From positions 318,308 to 382,307 of the forward strand of contig CP129477.1 of NCBI GenBank assembly GCA_030583825.1: 64,000 bases of DNA. The letters are read 5' to 3'. The stretch's first letter is position 1. The number at the start of each line of letters is the position of its first letter. The stretch comes from Candidatus Dojkabacteria bacterium. Lineage in GTDB: Bacteria > Patescibacteriota > Dojkabacteria > GCA-002793355. Below are positions 47,928 to 60,965 of the stretch, piece by piece. The position numbers and the translations under genes were made by a program. The notes beneath the pieces were generated by a model. It had not been told where the DNA came from. It did not search any database and was given only the letters and a program-made list of their open reading frames with translations.

Positions 47928-48485
47928 ATGGCCTTAAACAAGGGATCCATTAATCTGCTTACTGCCTCGATTCAACCTCAGGGACGGTGGGACAGGATTT
48001 ATCAATGGACAGTCAATACTGCAAAATATATCATTATTGTCACAGAACTCATAGTCCTGTTCGCTATTGGTGTCCGTTTTACCCTCGATGGGCGAATTAA
48101 CGACCTCGACAAAGAGATCGAAGCACAAAAATCTATTCTCGATAGCCGAAAAGAAGAAGACTTTGCTGTACGCCAGCTTGCACAGACAATAGAAAACATC
48201 GCTCGAATGGAAAAAACCGACTATACCCTAACAACCTATTACAAACAGATTATTGATCTTATCCCTCAGGATGTAGAAATTACCACAATTACTGTAGATA
48301 TCGCATTGGTCAGTATTAACGGACGTGTAGATTCCTACGATAAACTGCAACAGTTGGAAAGTCGTATCCGTAGTGCAGACTTTATTCTTGACGAATCATT
48401 TTCGACAAACCAGCAATCCGGAGGAAACGTTGTTTTCTCCACAACATTTAAATTAGCCTTCAGAGACGATGGCGGTAGTCAGTAG
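47928..48485 (+). CDS. PilN-like bitopic protein (N-terminal INLL motif, TM helix, coiled coil)
   Basis: MALNKGSINLLTAS… resembles the PilN INLLP PilM-binding motif; TM helix followed by a coiled coil. Confidence 0.45.
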   Translation: MALNKGSINLLTASIQPQGRWDRIYQWTVNTAKYIIIVTELIVLFAIGVRFTLDGRINDLDKEIEAQKSILDSRKEEDFAVRQLAQTIENIARMEKTDYTLTTYYKQIIDLIPQDVEITTITVDIALVSINGRVDSYDKLQQLESRIRSADFILDESFSTNQQSGGNVVFSTTFKLAFRDDGGSQ

Positions 48486-49083
48486 CTCAACAAGAGATTT
48501 ATCAGATATTCTGAAAACAAGTCAACAAAAGGCATTTTCAACAGGTGCGCTGACAGTCGCTCTTATCGCTATTCTTGTATGGGGATCGCTTCGCCCGACT
48601 ATTATCACGATCTTTGAAACAGGCGAAAAATTTAATCAGAAAACTCAGCTTCTTGAAGCATTAAAATCTCAAAACTCGACACTTACTCAACTTTTGGCTG
48701 AAAGAGAAGAAGCAAAAGATGAATTACAAAATATTGACTTGTACTTCCCTTACGACGGAAATTTCTCTCTTTTTATTATCAACTTGAACCAAGTCGCTCA
48801 CCAATACGATTTTAGAATGCCAAATGTGTCGTTTGCTGAAACTTCGAGCCGACAGATTGAGAACAACCCAACATTTCAATTTATTGGTATGCGTCCTACG
48901 ACTTTTCAAATCGGACTTGAAGGAAACCCTGCAAATATATTTCAGTTCTCTTCGTATGTTGAGAATACTCCGTTTTTCCCAAAGCTGATCAACATTTCAT
49001 ATTCAAACCCGAAAGATGGTAACACTACCGCAGTAGATCTCACCTACCTCGTATATAAACTGGACACTCCTTTGTACAAATGA
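48469..49083 (+). CDS. PilO-like bitopic protein
   Basis: short cytoplasmic N-terminus, TM helix, coiled coil, then about 110-aa domain; overlaps its neighbours on both sides. Confidence 0.35.
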   Translation: MAVVSSSTRDLSDILKTSQQKAFSTGALTVALIAILVWGSLRPTIITIFETGEKFNQKTQLLEALKSQNSTLTQLLAEREEAKDELQNIDLYFPYDGNFSLFIINLNQVAHQYDFRMPNVSFAETSSRQIENNPTFQFIGMRPTTFQIGLEGNPANIFQFSSYVENTPFFPKLINISYSNPKDGNTTAVDLTYLVYKLDTPLYK

Positions 49084-49445
49084 ACTCTAACGTAAAGTTT
49101 TTCATCGCTGTGTCGCTCGTACTTGGTGTGCTGGTTATTGTCGTTGAAGTGGGAAATATCATACTTGGCGGAAATAAAAACGAAGACACAATCACTTTTG
49201 ACCAAATTCTTACATTGCCTGGATCATACGATAAAGACGTGATTACTAGGTTCCAAGATAGAGAAAAATACCTGCTGGTGAATAAAGAGCAATTTTCTGG
49301 AGCAGCTCCAATAACTTCTGGAGTTCCTCAGCCATCTCCTTCTGTATCAGATACACCTTCAGTTTCTGTAACGCCATCCGTATCGGTGACTGTCACTCCA
49401 AGCGTAAGTGTTACTCCCTCTGCGACTCCAACACCTACAAATTAA
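49080..49445 (+). CDS. small bitopic protein with a C-terminal low-complexity (TPSVSV)n tail
   Basis: TM helix; tandem 18-nt nucleotide repeats encoding SVSDTPSVSVTPSVSVTVTPSVSVTPSATPTPT. Confidence 0.4.
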   Translation: MNSNVKFFIAVSLVLGVLVIVVEVGNIILGGNKNEDTITFDQILTLPGSYDKDVITRFQDREKYLLVNKEQFSGAAPITSGVPQPSPSVSDTPSVSVTPSVSVTVTPSVSVTPSATPTPTN

Positions 49446-49549
49446 AGGATTATTCTGTCTAATAATAGTGTGCAATTAGCAGTCTCAATAAAAAACAGGG
49501 GCTGAATTTAACAGGTTTTATAGGAAAATTGTAAACACTTCACTTATAA

Positions 49550-49600
49550 TCTCAAAAAGAAAAACTTTTTTCGATTACTCGCTCCGTACTATTCGCGCGA
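49550..49600. repeat. short copy (R5) of the intergenic repeat family
   Basis: ACTCGCTCCGTACT resembles the CTCGCTCCGT units of R1 and R3. Confidence 0.4.
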
Positions 49601-49645
49601 TTTTTATTCAAGCTTGTTCAGAAACTGTGTTACGTGAAGTACTTC

Positions 49646-50737
49646 TTAGCGTATATAACTAGACAATCTCTTCTCTTCAGCGATTTCGCGGAGTCTATAT
49701 AGTGCTTTTGCTTCAATTTGTCGGATACGCTCACGCGTAACTTTGAATTCCTTACCGACTTCTTCCAAGGTTCTGACAACACCGTCAACTAAACCAAAGC
49801 GAAGCTCGAGTACGCGGCGCTCGCGGTCTGGCAATTCTTTTAGCAAATCAATAAGCTCTTTGTGCAAAATTTCACGTGTTGCCTGGTCTTCAGGACTCTC
49901 AACTCGAGTGTCTGCAACAATTTCGCTCAACTGTACATCATCATCGTCAGTACTTGATGACTGTCGTTCTCCTGTTAAGGAAGTTGGATACTGAGAAATC
50001 TGGTCAATATATTCTAGCTTTTCGCGGTCAAGCTCCATTTCTTTTGAAAGCTCGGCAACTGTTGGAGTGCGTCCAAACTTCGATGCAAGCTGTGTTTTTA
50101 CTTTTCGGAGCTTGTTAATTGTTTCATGCATGTGAACCGGAATACGGATTGTACGTCCTTGATCTGCAATTGCACGAGTAATAGACTGTCGAATCCACCA
50201 TGTTGCGTAAGTAGAAAACTTGAACCCTTTTGTATAGTCGAATTTATCAACAGCTTTCATAAGTCCGATATTTCCCTCTTGAATCAAATCAAGAAAGTCT
50301 AGGCCTTTTCGAGCATATTTCTTTGCAACGCTGACTACCAATCGTAAGTTTGCAAGAATCAACAATTGCTTTGATTTCTCGTCTCCTTCGGCAATTCTCT
50401 GTGCCAACACGACTTCTTCTTTTCCATTAAGCAACGGAATTTTTCCAATTTCCTGCAAGTATGAACGCAATGGGTTACCGGTTACTGATGCCTGAATACT
50501 TTCAAGAATTTTAATTTTCTCTTCTAAAGAAAGCTCTTTTGCTTTTGCTGGAACATCGTCTGCATACAATACTTCAATGCCCTGTTTGTCGAGGACTTCT
50601 AAAAATAATTCTAAAGAATCAATATCAACTTCGGGGTTAGGAAACACAACCAGAATATCACCTTCTGTAAGGAAACCTTGGTTCTGTCCTTTTTCAAGGA
50701 GGGTTCGTACTTTTTTACGGGAAAAGAGGTCTTTCAT
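49646..50737 (-). CDS. rpoD: primary RNA polymerase sigma factor RpoD (sigma-70)
   Basis: regions 1.2 to 4: [54 protein letters not shown]; C-terminal region 4 HTH. Confidence 0.9.
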   Translation of the reverse strand: MKDLFSRKKVRTLLEKGQNQGFLTEGDILVVFPNPEVDIDSLELFLEVLDKQGIEVLYADDVPAKAKELSLEEKIKILESIQASVTGNPLRSYLQEIGKIPLLNGKEEVVLAQRIAEGDEKSKQLLILANLRLVVSVAKKYARKGLDFLDLIQEGNIGLMKAVDKFDYTKGFKFSTYATWWIRQSITRAIADQGRTIRIPVHMHETINKLRKVKTQLASKFGRTPTVAELSKEMELDREKLEYIDQISQYPTSLTGERQSSSTDDDDVQLSEIVADTRVESPEDQATREILHKELIDLLKELPDRERRVLELRFGLVDGVVRTLEEVGKEFKVTRERIRQIEAKALYRLREIAEEKRLSSYIR

Positions 50738-50761
50738 TCGCTGCTATGATATAATTAATAT

Positions 50762-52276
<1,515 letters not shown>

Positions 52277-52277
<1 letters not shown>

Positions 52278-53227
52278 TGGATACTATGTCAAAGATTAAC
52301 TCTTACATAAAAATTTACTCGCATATCTGTCAGGAAAAAGGAATTTCTTACGAATACTTCGGGCCTTTCCACCGGGGAATGATACTTACAAAAAAGAACG
52401 GGCTCCCCGCATTTATTTATAAATCAGCAACGTCGCTGAACAACCATTCTTCGAGAATTATCTCGCATAGCAAAGTATTTACCGTAAAGTTCTTACGCCA
52501 AGCTGGAATTCCTACATCTGAGCAATATCGGGTAAAAACGCTCGAAGGGCTTCAGGAAGTGTTTGCGCAGGTAAAAGATATTGTTGTAAAGCCAGCAGAT
52601 TCAAAAGGCGGAAACGGCGTCACAATGCTCCCAAGTAATGAAGAACTACAGCTAGCATTCGAGTTTGCTAAAAAGTATTCCAACACCATTATAGTAGAAC
52701 GATATATTCCGGGAGAAAATTACCGATTTTTAGTACTTGATGACAAAGTCTTATCTATTGTTCATCGAGATCCTCCATTTATTATTGGCGATGGCGTGAG
52801 CACTATTCGATCACTGGTTGAGGATAAAAACCTCATTGAACAGCAAAAAGGTGTGCCAAGCATTAAATTTTCGGCTGAGACACTCCGTGTATTAAAACAT
52901 CAGAATATAACGCCGAAAACAGTTCCTACAACTGGGCAAAAAGTATTCGTACGACTTACAGGAAATTTATCAAAAGGAGCAACTGCTCGAGATATCACTG
53001 ACCTCGTTCCTGAAAAACATAAGAAAGTTGCAATCGCCGGAGCAAAAGCCTTAGGGTTACGATTTGCCGGAGTTGATATTATCTGTCAGGACATTTACAG
53101 CGACTCGACACAGTCTTACATTATTGAAATAAACGCTACGCCCGGATTAAAAATGCACTACTTTGAAGAGATCGGTCAAAAACGAAATGTGGCAGAAGCA
53201 ATAATTGATGCGATCTATACGTCTTGA
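52277..53227 (+). CDS. ATP-grasp fold ligase-like protein (RimK/cyanophycin-synthetase-like); TAATG overlap with tgt
   Basis: ATP-grasp blocks IVVKPADSKGGNGV, ERYIPGENYRFLVLDDKV, GVDII…IIEINATPG. Confidence 0.55.
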
Positions 53228-53256
53228 CACTCCATAATTGCTTGCCTATAATAACT

Positions 53257-53283
53257 TTAGCATTTGTCTTAATAGACTGCTAA
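53257..53283 (+). promoter_or_regulatory. CIRCE-like inverted repeat TTAGCATTT-N9-GACTGCTAA (putative HrcA operator) downstream of the -10 box TATAAT at 53245
   Basis: 15/18 matches to the CIRCE consensus TTAGCACTC-N9-GAGTGCTAA with correct 9-nt spacer; 45 nt upstream of groEL. Confidence 0.45.
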
Positions 53284-53324
53284 AAATATATTTTCGTAAT
53301 TATAAATAATATAAATCTCAATAA

Positions 53325-54953
<1,629 letters not shown>

Positions 54954-54996
54954 TCACGTCGAACGCTGAATTCACAGAGTGAGTACTCGGTTCTTA

Positions 54997-55023
54997 AAAG
55001 AGGGGGTAACTCCCCTCTTTTTT
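54997..55023 (+). terminator. rho-independent terminator of groEL (AAAGAGGGG-gtaact-CCCCTCTTT followed by TTT)
   Basis: perfect 9-bp GC-rich stem, 6-nt loop, T-run. Confidence 0.75.
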
Positions 55024-55042
55024 ATGCACGGTATAATCTCCT

Positions 55043-55861
55043 ATGACAGTACAGCAAATTCAGGACTTTCAGCAAACAATTTGGGAACACTATAATGCGA
55101 ATAAAAGAAGTTTCCCGTGGAGAGAAACGAAAAATCCGTACCATATTCATGTGTCGGAAATAATGCTGCAGCAGACACAAACTAATCGCGTAGTGGCAAA
55201 ATATAATGAATTCTTAGAGCAGTATCCGACTGTTTTTGACTTATCTCACGCACCTATCGCAGAAGTGCTCATTCTTTGGAGTGGACTTGGATATAACAGA
55301 CGTGCCAAATTTTTATGGATCGCAGCAAAAGAAATTGCTTTACGGCATAAGGGAATCTACCCCGGAACTGAAAAAGAGCTGGAAGATTTACCTGGAATCG
55401 GCCATTACACAGCTCGAGCGATTGCAACATTTGCATATGACCGTAAGCACACATTTGTAGAAACAAATATTCGCACTGTTATAATTCACTTTTTCTTTAA
55501 AGATGTAGAAAAAGTCAGCGATAAGGAAATTTCACAAACTGTAGAGCAAACTCTTCCTGACAAGAATTTTCGTGAGTGGTATTACGCATTGATGGATTAC
55601 GGTAATTACTTAAAATCCACGGGAGTTTCGTATTTCGAGAAGCAAAAGCATTATAAAAAGCAATCTCCATTTAAGGGCTCTTTGAGATATATCCGCGGAT
55701 ACATTCTAAAATATCTCTCAAAAAATAAGTCTTTGAATGTCAGCGACATTGTGCTGCCAGGATATTCACAGGAACAGATCACAAGTGTTGTAGATGCACT
55801 CGCTACAGAAGAGCTAGTCTCCCGCCAGAAGAATATATTACGACTTCCTACTCACGAATAA
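55043..55861 (+). CDS. HhH-GPD base-excision DNA glycosylase (MutY/Nth-like) lacking the 4Fe-4S Cys cluster; leaderless
   Basis: FPWRETKNPYHIHVSEIMLQQTQ…WSGLGYNRRAKFL…LPGIGHYTARAIATFAY matches the MutY N-terminal domain; no C-x6-C-x2-C-x5-C motif. Confidence 0.75.
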   Translation: MTVQQIQDFQQTIWEHYNANKRSFPWRETKNPYHIHVSEIMLQQTQTNRVVAKYNEFLEQYPTVFDLSHAPIAEVLILWSGLGYNRRAKFLWIAAKEIALRHKGIYPGTEKELEDLPGIGHYTARAIATFAYDRKHTFVETNIRTVIIHFFFKDVEKVSDKEISQTVEQTLPDKNFREWYYALMDYGNYLKSTGVSYFEKQKHYKKQSPFKGSLRYIRGYILKYLSKNKSLNVSDIVLPGYSQEQITSVVDALATEELVSRQKNILRLPTHE

Positions 55862-56966
55862 TTTGAATTTTTCCGCTTGTCATGTCGGCACGTATTTCTA
55901 GCTTTTTTTCTGCTGTATCGAAGTTATCGCTCATAAATGTGCCATCTCTCATGACTTTGATCTCTCCGATCTCTAAACTGCCACTTGTAATATCATGATT
56001 TACACGAATTCCGACAGAAGCTGGAACATACAATGTAACGTTTCCCGCCGTCATATCAATAACAAATGATTCTTGAGGAATAGCTTTATCACTCAAACGA
56101 ATATCTGCATGGCCAGATGTCATATCAAACGAAAGTCTTTTCAGGTTTAAGTCCTGCAGTTCCATCACACCATTTCCGGAAGTCATACTTACTGACAAAT
56201 CTGTCGCAATTTCCGGCGTTGGAAGATTAATTGAAAGATCAGATTCTTCCGGTGCAATCAAAAAGAAATTCTTTGTTTTTAGCGCTACGTTAGTAGTTAA
56301 AGTCGAGTCCTTTTCTTCAGCATGAAGAGAAAAATCAACACGTGGCTTTTGCACTGCTCCACCGATAGTTATCCACTCTCCTCCAAGGTTATCAGTTACT
56401 CTATAACGGCCTTCGTTAAATGTCATACTTACTTTGTGACGCTCAATATTGCTAAACTCACTGCGAAGGATTTGCTCATTAATGATTTCTTTTTCTGTTT
56501 TAAAGCTCTCAAGCTTGCCCAGCTGAAGCGATGGAAACTGCTGATTAACTCTATTACGCAGTTCTGTATCGTGGATAAGTACCGCAAACCCTGCAACAAT
56601 ACATAGTGCGCCTAAGGTAATAATAAATGTGATAATTTTTCCAATCCAAGATTTTCCCACAATTAACTGGACACCCCACAATACGAGAAGAACTGGCCAA
56701 AATCGCCATAATGTTCCCCACACAGACCATGGAAGCAATCCAACGTTATTTAAAAGAAGAATAATACCTCCAACGATGAGCAAAATTGCCCATGTGATAT
56801 CGCCATCATCGTGGTTGTATCTTTTTACGCGAGGAGATTCCACTCTAACTTCCGGCATTTTTGGCGTTGCAGGCATTTCTGGAATAGTAGGAATTGTTTT
56901 TGGCGCTGTTGTTTCCTCTCTTTTTGCTTCTGCAGCCGTTGCTTTTGTAGTTTTCTTGGATGTCAT
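55848..56966 (-). CDS. LiaF-like membrane protein with a C-terminal DUF4097 'toast-rack' repeat domain
   Basis: N-terminal Pro/Thr-rich region, 3 TM helices (WAILLIVGGIILLLNNVGLL…), then repeated MTSG/DMTAG beta-strand units. Confidence 0.5.
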   Translation of the reverse strand: MTSKKTTKATAAEAKREETTAPKTIPTIPEMPATPKMPEVRVESPRVKRYNHDDGDITWAILLIVGGIILLLNNVGLLPWSVWGTLWRFWPVLLVLWGVQLIVGKSWIGKIITFIITLGALCIVAGFAVLIHDTELRNRVNQQFPSLQLGKLESFKTEKEIINEQILRSEFSNIERHKVSMTFNEGRYRVTDNLGGEWITIGGAVQKPRVDFSLHAEEKDSTLTTNVALKTKNFFLIAPEESDLSINLPTPEIATDLSVSMTSGNGVMELQDLNLKRLSFDMTSGHADIRLSDKAIPQESFVIDMTAGNVTLYVPASVGIRVNHDITSGSLEIGEIKVMRDGTFMSDNFDTAEKKLEIRADMTSGKIQIIRE

Positions 56967-57159
56967 ATGGATTTTATTATCTTAGTTGTGAATATATCGG
57001 TTTTCCCTATAGTGAATGCTCTAGTATAGCGCTTTTCATGAACGCTGTGTATATCTCTTGGAGAATGGGCAAAATCAGATAAAAAAGGTGAAAAAGTTAC
57101 CTAAAAATGGTATAATACGTGTATTGCTCTTTGCTAGCATGTTCCCTGAAGGATATTTT

Positions 57160-57378
57160 ATGCCTCCCTATATCAAACGTACTACCTGTTCTTGTTGCAC
57201 AGGAAGCGCACGGGTCAATTGCCCCGATTGCCACAACGGTGTAAACAAAAAGAATTGCACCCGGTGTGAAGGAACAGGGAAAGTGAAATGTCCGAGGTGC
57301 TGTGCACCAGGTATGCCTGAATCAGACGCTGGGTTAGAGCCTCTGCGCCACCAGTGGAAAGTTTCAGACTACCAATGA
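57160..57378 (+). CDS. small Cys-rich protein with four CxxCxGxG (DnaJ-type zinc-finger-like) repeats; start set at the SD-preceded Met
   Basis: CSCCTGSA, CPDCHNGV, CTRCEGTG, CPRCCAPG repeats; GAAGGA + 6 nt + ATG; -10 box at 57111. Confidence 0.5.
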   Translation: MPPYIKRTTCSCCTGSARVNCPDCHNGVNKKNCTRCEGTGKVKCPRCCAPGMPESDAGLEPLRHQWKVSDYQ

Positions 57379-57462
57379 CTAGCGAAGGCGGCTTGCAAAA
57401 TTACTTTTATTGAAAAAATAAACTTAATTCCTGCGAGCCGCTCTTACGTTTGTGTCCCGCTT

Positions 57463-57882
57463 TTAACTTTTTGTATCTTTTTCACTATTTTCCGGTTTAA
57501 AATTCAGTGCGCATGAGTTTATACAATATCTCTGCCCGGTCGGAGTTGGCCCATCCTGAAACACATGTCCCAAATGTGACCCACACCGTTTACATGCTAC
57601 TTCTACTCGATACATGCCATAGCTGTGGTCATCACGAAACTCGATAACTCCTTTTGCGGCAAGATCTGAAAAGCTCGGCCATCCTGACCCAGAATCATAT
57701 TTTTGCTCAGAAGAAAACAATATCAACCCACATGCGGCACATTCATACACTCCTTTCTCTTTTGTATTCACATACTTACCTAAAAATGCAGGCTCTGTTG
57801 CTTTTTGTCTCAGTACTTTATATTGCGCGGGAGTAAGTTTTTCTTTCCAGTACGACTCAGGCATATTTTTCATATCTTCCAT
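57463..57882 (-). CDS. msrB: peptide-methionine (R)-S-oxide reductase MsrB
   Basis: CAACGLILF…RCGSHLGHVFQDGP…RYCINS (zinc CxxC pairs and catalytic Cys). Confidence 0.9.
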   Translation of the reverse strand: MEDMKNMPESYWKEKLTPAQYKVLRQKATEPAFLGKYVNTKEKGVYECAACGLILFSSEQKYDSGSGWPSFSDLAAKGVIEFRDDHSYGMYRVEVACKRCGSHLGHVFQDGPTPTGQRYCINSCALNFKPENSEKDTKS

Positions 57883-57925
57883 GTGTTACCGCATAAACTT
57901 AGCTATTCCAGTATAATATAGGGAT

Positions 57926-58636
57926 ATGCTTTTGTCTCGAGAAACAGTTAAAAACCTCATTATCTCCGCGGAAAATCTCTTATATTCGAGAGTTATTGCT
58001 TCCCCAAAAGATGCATCCTACGGAAAAGAGCTTCAATTGCCTGTTATTGACCAGCTAGCGTCGCCTGCACCAGGAACATTTCCAGAGCATTACGGAAAAA
58101 TTTCAGACGAGGCAGCAGCAAAACGCTTTGGAACACAATCACTTGACGACTACTCTTTTTGGGCATGGCGTGCATGCGGAATTGCCCTTATCTCGACAAT
58201 AATTTCATCCACCGGCAAAACTCCAGACACGCTCTTTGCTATCTCTAAACGATTAGATAAAGAAAACGGATACATTCACTCCCACAAACAAGGAAATGAC
58301 CTTGGATGGAAGTATTCAGCTCTCGCGACATATCTTACAGAACGAGGTATTCAGACCAAAATATCGGGACTTCTCAGCGTTAATAGGCTCCTTACATACT
58401 TACAGCAGGATAAATGGGTGATTGCGTCGGTAAAAAGCAGAATCTCGGCAGGAACACATCTTGTGCTCGTAACAAACTACCAACAAGATAAAGGCAGTAT
58501 ATTTATCACTTATCATGACCCTTTTTACGATAGATCGGGAGGAAAACAGCTTGTGTATCTCTCAGAATTTCAAGAAATATTTAACAGCCGGGGAATTATC
58601 GTAAGTCCAGAACTAAAACCTACACCTCGAAAATGA
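57926..58636 (+). CDS. C39-like (papain-fold, Peptidase_C39_2-like) domain protein
   Basis: [20 protein letters not shown] (Cys block) and [10 protein letters not shown]…ITYHDP (His block) resemble the C-terminus of 42909..45068. Confidence 0.4.
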   Translation: MLLSRETVKNLIISAENLLYSRVIASPKDASYGKELQLPVIDQLASPAPGTFPEHYGKISDEAAAKRFGTQSLDDYSFWAWRACGIALISTIISSTGKTPDTLFAISKRLDKENGYIHSHKQGNDLGWKYSALATYLTERGIQTKISGLLSVNRLLTYLQQDKWVIASVKSRISAGTHLVLVTNYQQDKGSIFITYHDPFYDRSGGKQLVYLSEFQEIFNSRGIIVSPELKPTPRK

Positions 58637-59393
58637 TTCCTACAGGGCAATGATCTGAGCCAAGTACTTCCATACGAATAAATGCGTCTTTTATTCGCTC
58701 TTTTAAGCTTGAGGATGCGACAAAGTAATCAATTCGCCACCCAATATTTCGCTGCCGCGCGCTTCCCATGTAGCTCCACCACGAATATACGTCTTTTACT
58801 TCAGGATAGTGCAAACGGAATGTATCAATAAACCCGGCATTTACGATATTATCAAATCCTGCTCGTTCTTCGGGAGTAAAGCCTGCATTCCCAACATTTT
58901 GCTTCGGGCGCGCAATATCAATTTCTTTATGCGCGACATTTAAGTCACCACAAAAAATAACTGGCTTTTTCTCTTCTAACTTTTTCATGTACGCAAGAAA
59001 GTCTTTATCCCACTGTTGGCGGTATTCTAAACGTGTTAGTTCTCTCTGCGAGTTTGGTGTGTACACAGTCACTAAGTAGAAATCTTCGAATTCCAGCGCA
59101 ATCACACGGCCTTCATTGTCATGATCTTTATTTCCCATGTCATATGTTATAGAAATTGGCGCAATTTTCGTAAAAATTGCTGTTCCTGAATAGCCCTTTC
59201 GACCTTTTGAAGAGTTCCAATATTCTGTATATTGAGGCAAATCAATCACTGCCTGGCCTTGCTCGGCTTTTGTTTCTTGCAAACAGATGATGTCAGGATT
59301 TTCCCTTTCAATAAATGCGAGAAAGCCTTTATTTAACGCTGCGCGGATGCCATTTACATTCCACGAGACAAATTTTACTTGTTTTTTACTCAT
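58620..59393 (-). CDS. xth: exodeoxyribonuclease III (Xth/APE1 family AP endonuclease)
   Basis: [10 protein letters not shown]…ICLQETK N-terminus and a full-length 257-aa EEP fold. Confidence 0.9.
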   Translation of the reverse strand: MSKKQVKFVSWNVNGIRAALNKGFLAFIERENPDIICLQETKAEQGQAVIDLPQYTEYWNSSKGRKGYSGTAIFTKIAPISITYDMGNKDHDNEGRVIALEFEDFYLVTVYTPNSQRELTRLEYRQQWDKDFLAYMKKLEEKKPVIFCGDLNVAHKEIDIARPKQNVGNAGFTPEERAGFDNIVNAGFIDTFRLHYPEVKDVYSWWSYMGSARQRNIGWRIDYFVASSSLKERIKDAFIRMEVLGSDHCPVGIIFEV

Positions 59394-59485
59394 AAATTAT
59401 TATACAGCAATTGCGGCAAAACCCCATACATTCATAGAATTTCATATTGTAAAATGGTATAATACGATGTTACAGGAGACATAGC

Positions 59486-60271
59486 ATGACACTTACTACC
59501 GCGACTGACATCGCCACAATTCGCAAAGCAGCCGAGATTTCAACCGATATTTTAGATACATTAAGAAAAAATCTCAAAGTTGGTATTTACCCTTTTGATA
59601 TCGAGCAAAAAGCATGGCAACTGACTGCCAAATATAAAGTTTCCCCATCATTTTTCGGCGTACGTAATGGCCATTACGGCAAATATAAGTATAGCTGCTG
59701 TATTTCCGTTAACGAAGAAATTTTGCACGGAATCCCAAGCAATACTCGAAAGTTCCAATCCGGCGACGTTGTAAAACTCGACTTTGGCATTGTGTATAAA
59801 GGGTACTATACAGATCATTGTTACACATTTATTATTGGAGAACCTTCGGCCGAAGACTTAAAGTTAGTACAGACAAGTAAAAAAGCAACAGAAAGTGCAA
59901 TGATGATGGCAGTTCACGGCAATAGAATCGGTGATATTGGCGCAATTATGTATGCAACTGTTCAAAAAGAAGGCTATGACGTACTAAAAGACTATGTCGG
60001 CCATGGAATCGGAAAGCACTTGCACGAAGATCCGGACATACCTGCGTATGGAATTCCAGGCCATGGAGAGCTCTTAAAAGAAGGCATGACGCTTTGTATA
60101 GAAAGCCAAGTTGTTTCCGGCACAGATATGACAATAGTTCAGCCAAATGGGTGGACAATTGTTTCTGCAGATGGTAAAAAGGCGAGCATGTTCGAATATA
60201 TGGTCATTGTTCGTCAGCAAAAGCCTGAAATTCTGACAAAAATGCAAGACTGGCCAATTGTGATCGCTTAA
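59486..60271 (+). CDS. map: type I methionine aminopeptidase
   Basis: metal-ligand blocks GDVVKLDFG, GYYTDHCYTF, GHGIGKHLHEDP, LCIESQV. Confidence 0.9.
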   Translation: MTLTTATDIATIRKAAEISTDILDTLRKNLKVGIYPFDIEQKAWQLTAKYKVSPSFFGVRNGHYGKYKYSCCISVNEEILHGIPSNTRKFQSGDVVKLDFGIVYKGYYTDHCYTFIIGEPSAEDLKLVQTSKKATESAMMMAVHGNRIGDIGAIMYATVQKEGYDVLKDYVGHGIGKHLHEDPDIPAYGIPGHGELLKEGMTLCIESQVVSGTDMTIVQPNGWTIVSADGKKASMFEYMVIVRQQKPEILTKMQDWPIVIA

Positions 60272-60280
60272 ATCGTTGAT

Positions 60281-60907
60281 ATGAATGAAATTATGGACGT
60301 AGATATACTCAAAAAAGACCTTGTATTCGTTGATCTCGAAACAACAGGGTTCAAAAATACAGACTCAAAAATTATTGAAATTGGACTCTTAAAAGTACGA
60401 AACAACGAAATTGTTGAAACAATGAATACTCTTGTTAACCCTGAAGTACCGTTAACTCCGGATGTAACTCGTATTTCCGGTATTACCGAAGCTGATTTAA
60501 TTGGAGCACCAACATTTCGTGATATTAAAGACGATCTTTATCGCCTGTTAGCGGGAAGTATATTTTTTGCTCATAATGCTGCATTTGACTACTCATTTGT
60601 CGAAGCAAATCTTCATGAGCATAGAATTCCATTTAGCGCACCGCAGGTGTGCACAGTAAAGCTTTCTCAGTACTTATACCCTACGCATCAACGGCATAAT
60701 CTTGACGCAATAGCATCACGCTTTAATATTGCGGTAGAAAGACGACATCGCGCATACGACGATGCCGCTGTTCTATGGGAATTTTTCAAAATTGTGACAA
60801 AGTCATTTGACTCATACACACTCAATCTCGCTTTTTCTGCAGTTGAGAAGCCTGCCAAAATGGTAAAGTTCTCTACAGAAGCAGAAAATCAAATGTCTCT
60901 CTTCTAA
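60281..60907 (+). CDS. DEDDh 3'-5' exonuclease (DnaQ / DNA polymerase III epsilon-like)
   Basis: Exo I VFVDLETTG, Exo II, Exo III AHNAAFDYSFV. Confidence 0.8.
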   Translation: MNEIMDVDILKKDLVFVDLETTGFKNTDSKIIEIGLLKVRNNEIVETMNTLVNPEVPLTPDVTRISGITEADLIGAPTFRDIKDDLYRLLAGSIFFAHNAAFDYSFVEANLHEHRIPFSAPQVCTVKLSQYLYPTHQRHNLDAIASRFNIAVERRHRAYDDAAVLWEFFKIVTKSFDSYTLNLAFSAVEKPAKMVKFSTEAENQMSLF

Positions 60908-60965
60908 TATTCACAATTAGTACGATTACCTTTATAATGCCTCGTAACATTATTTTTCACTGAAT

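Noticed and set aside
57004-57017. CACTATAGGGAAAA (minus strand), which resembles the phage T7 promoter core, together with the CTATAGGG motifs
   Set aside because: The match is short. It lacks the upstream TAATACGACTCA specificity region and there is no phage RNA polymerase or phage gene context, so it is most likely coincidental similarity within an AT-rich promoter motif.
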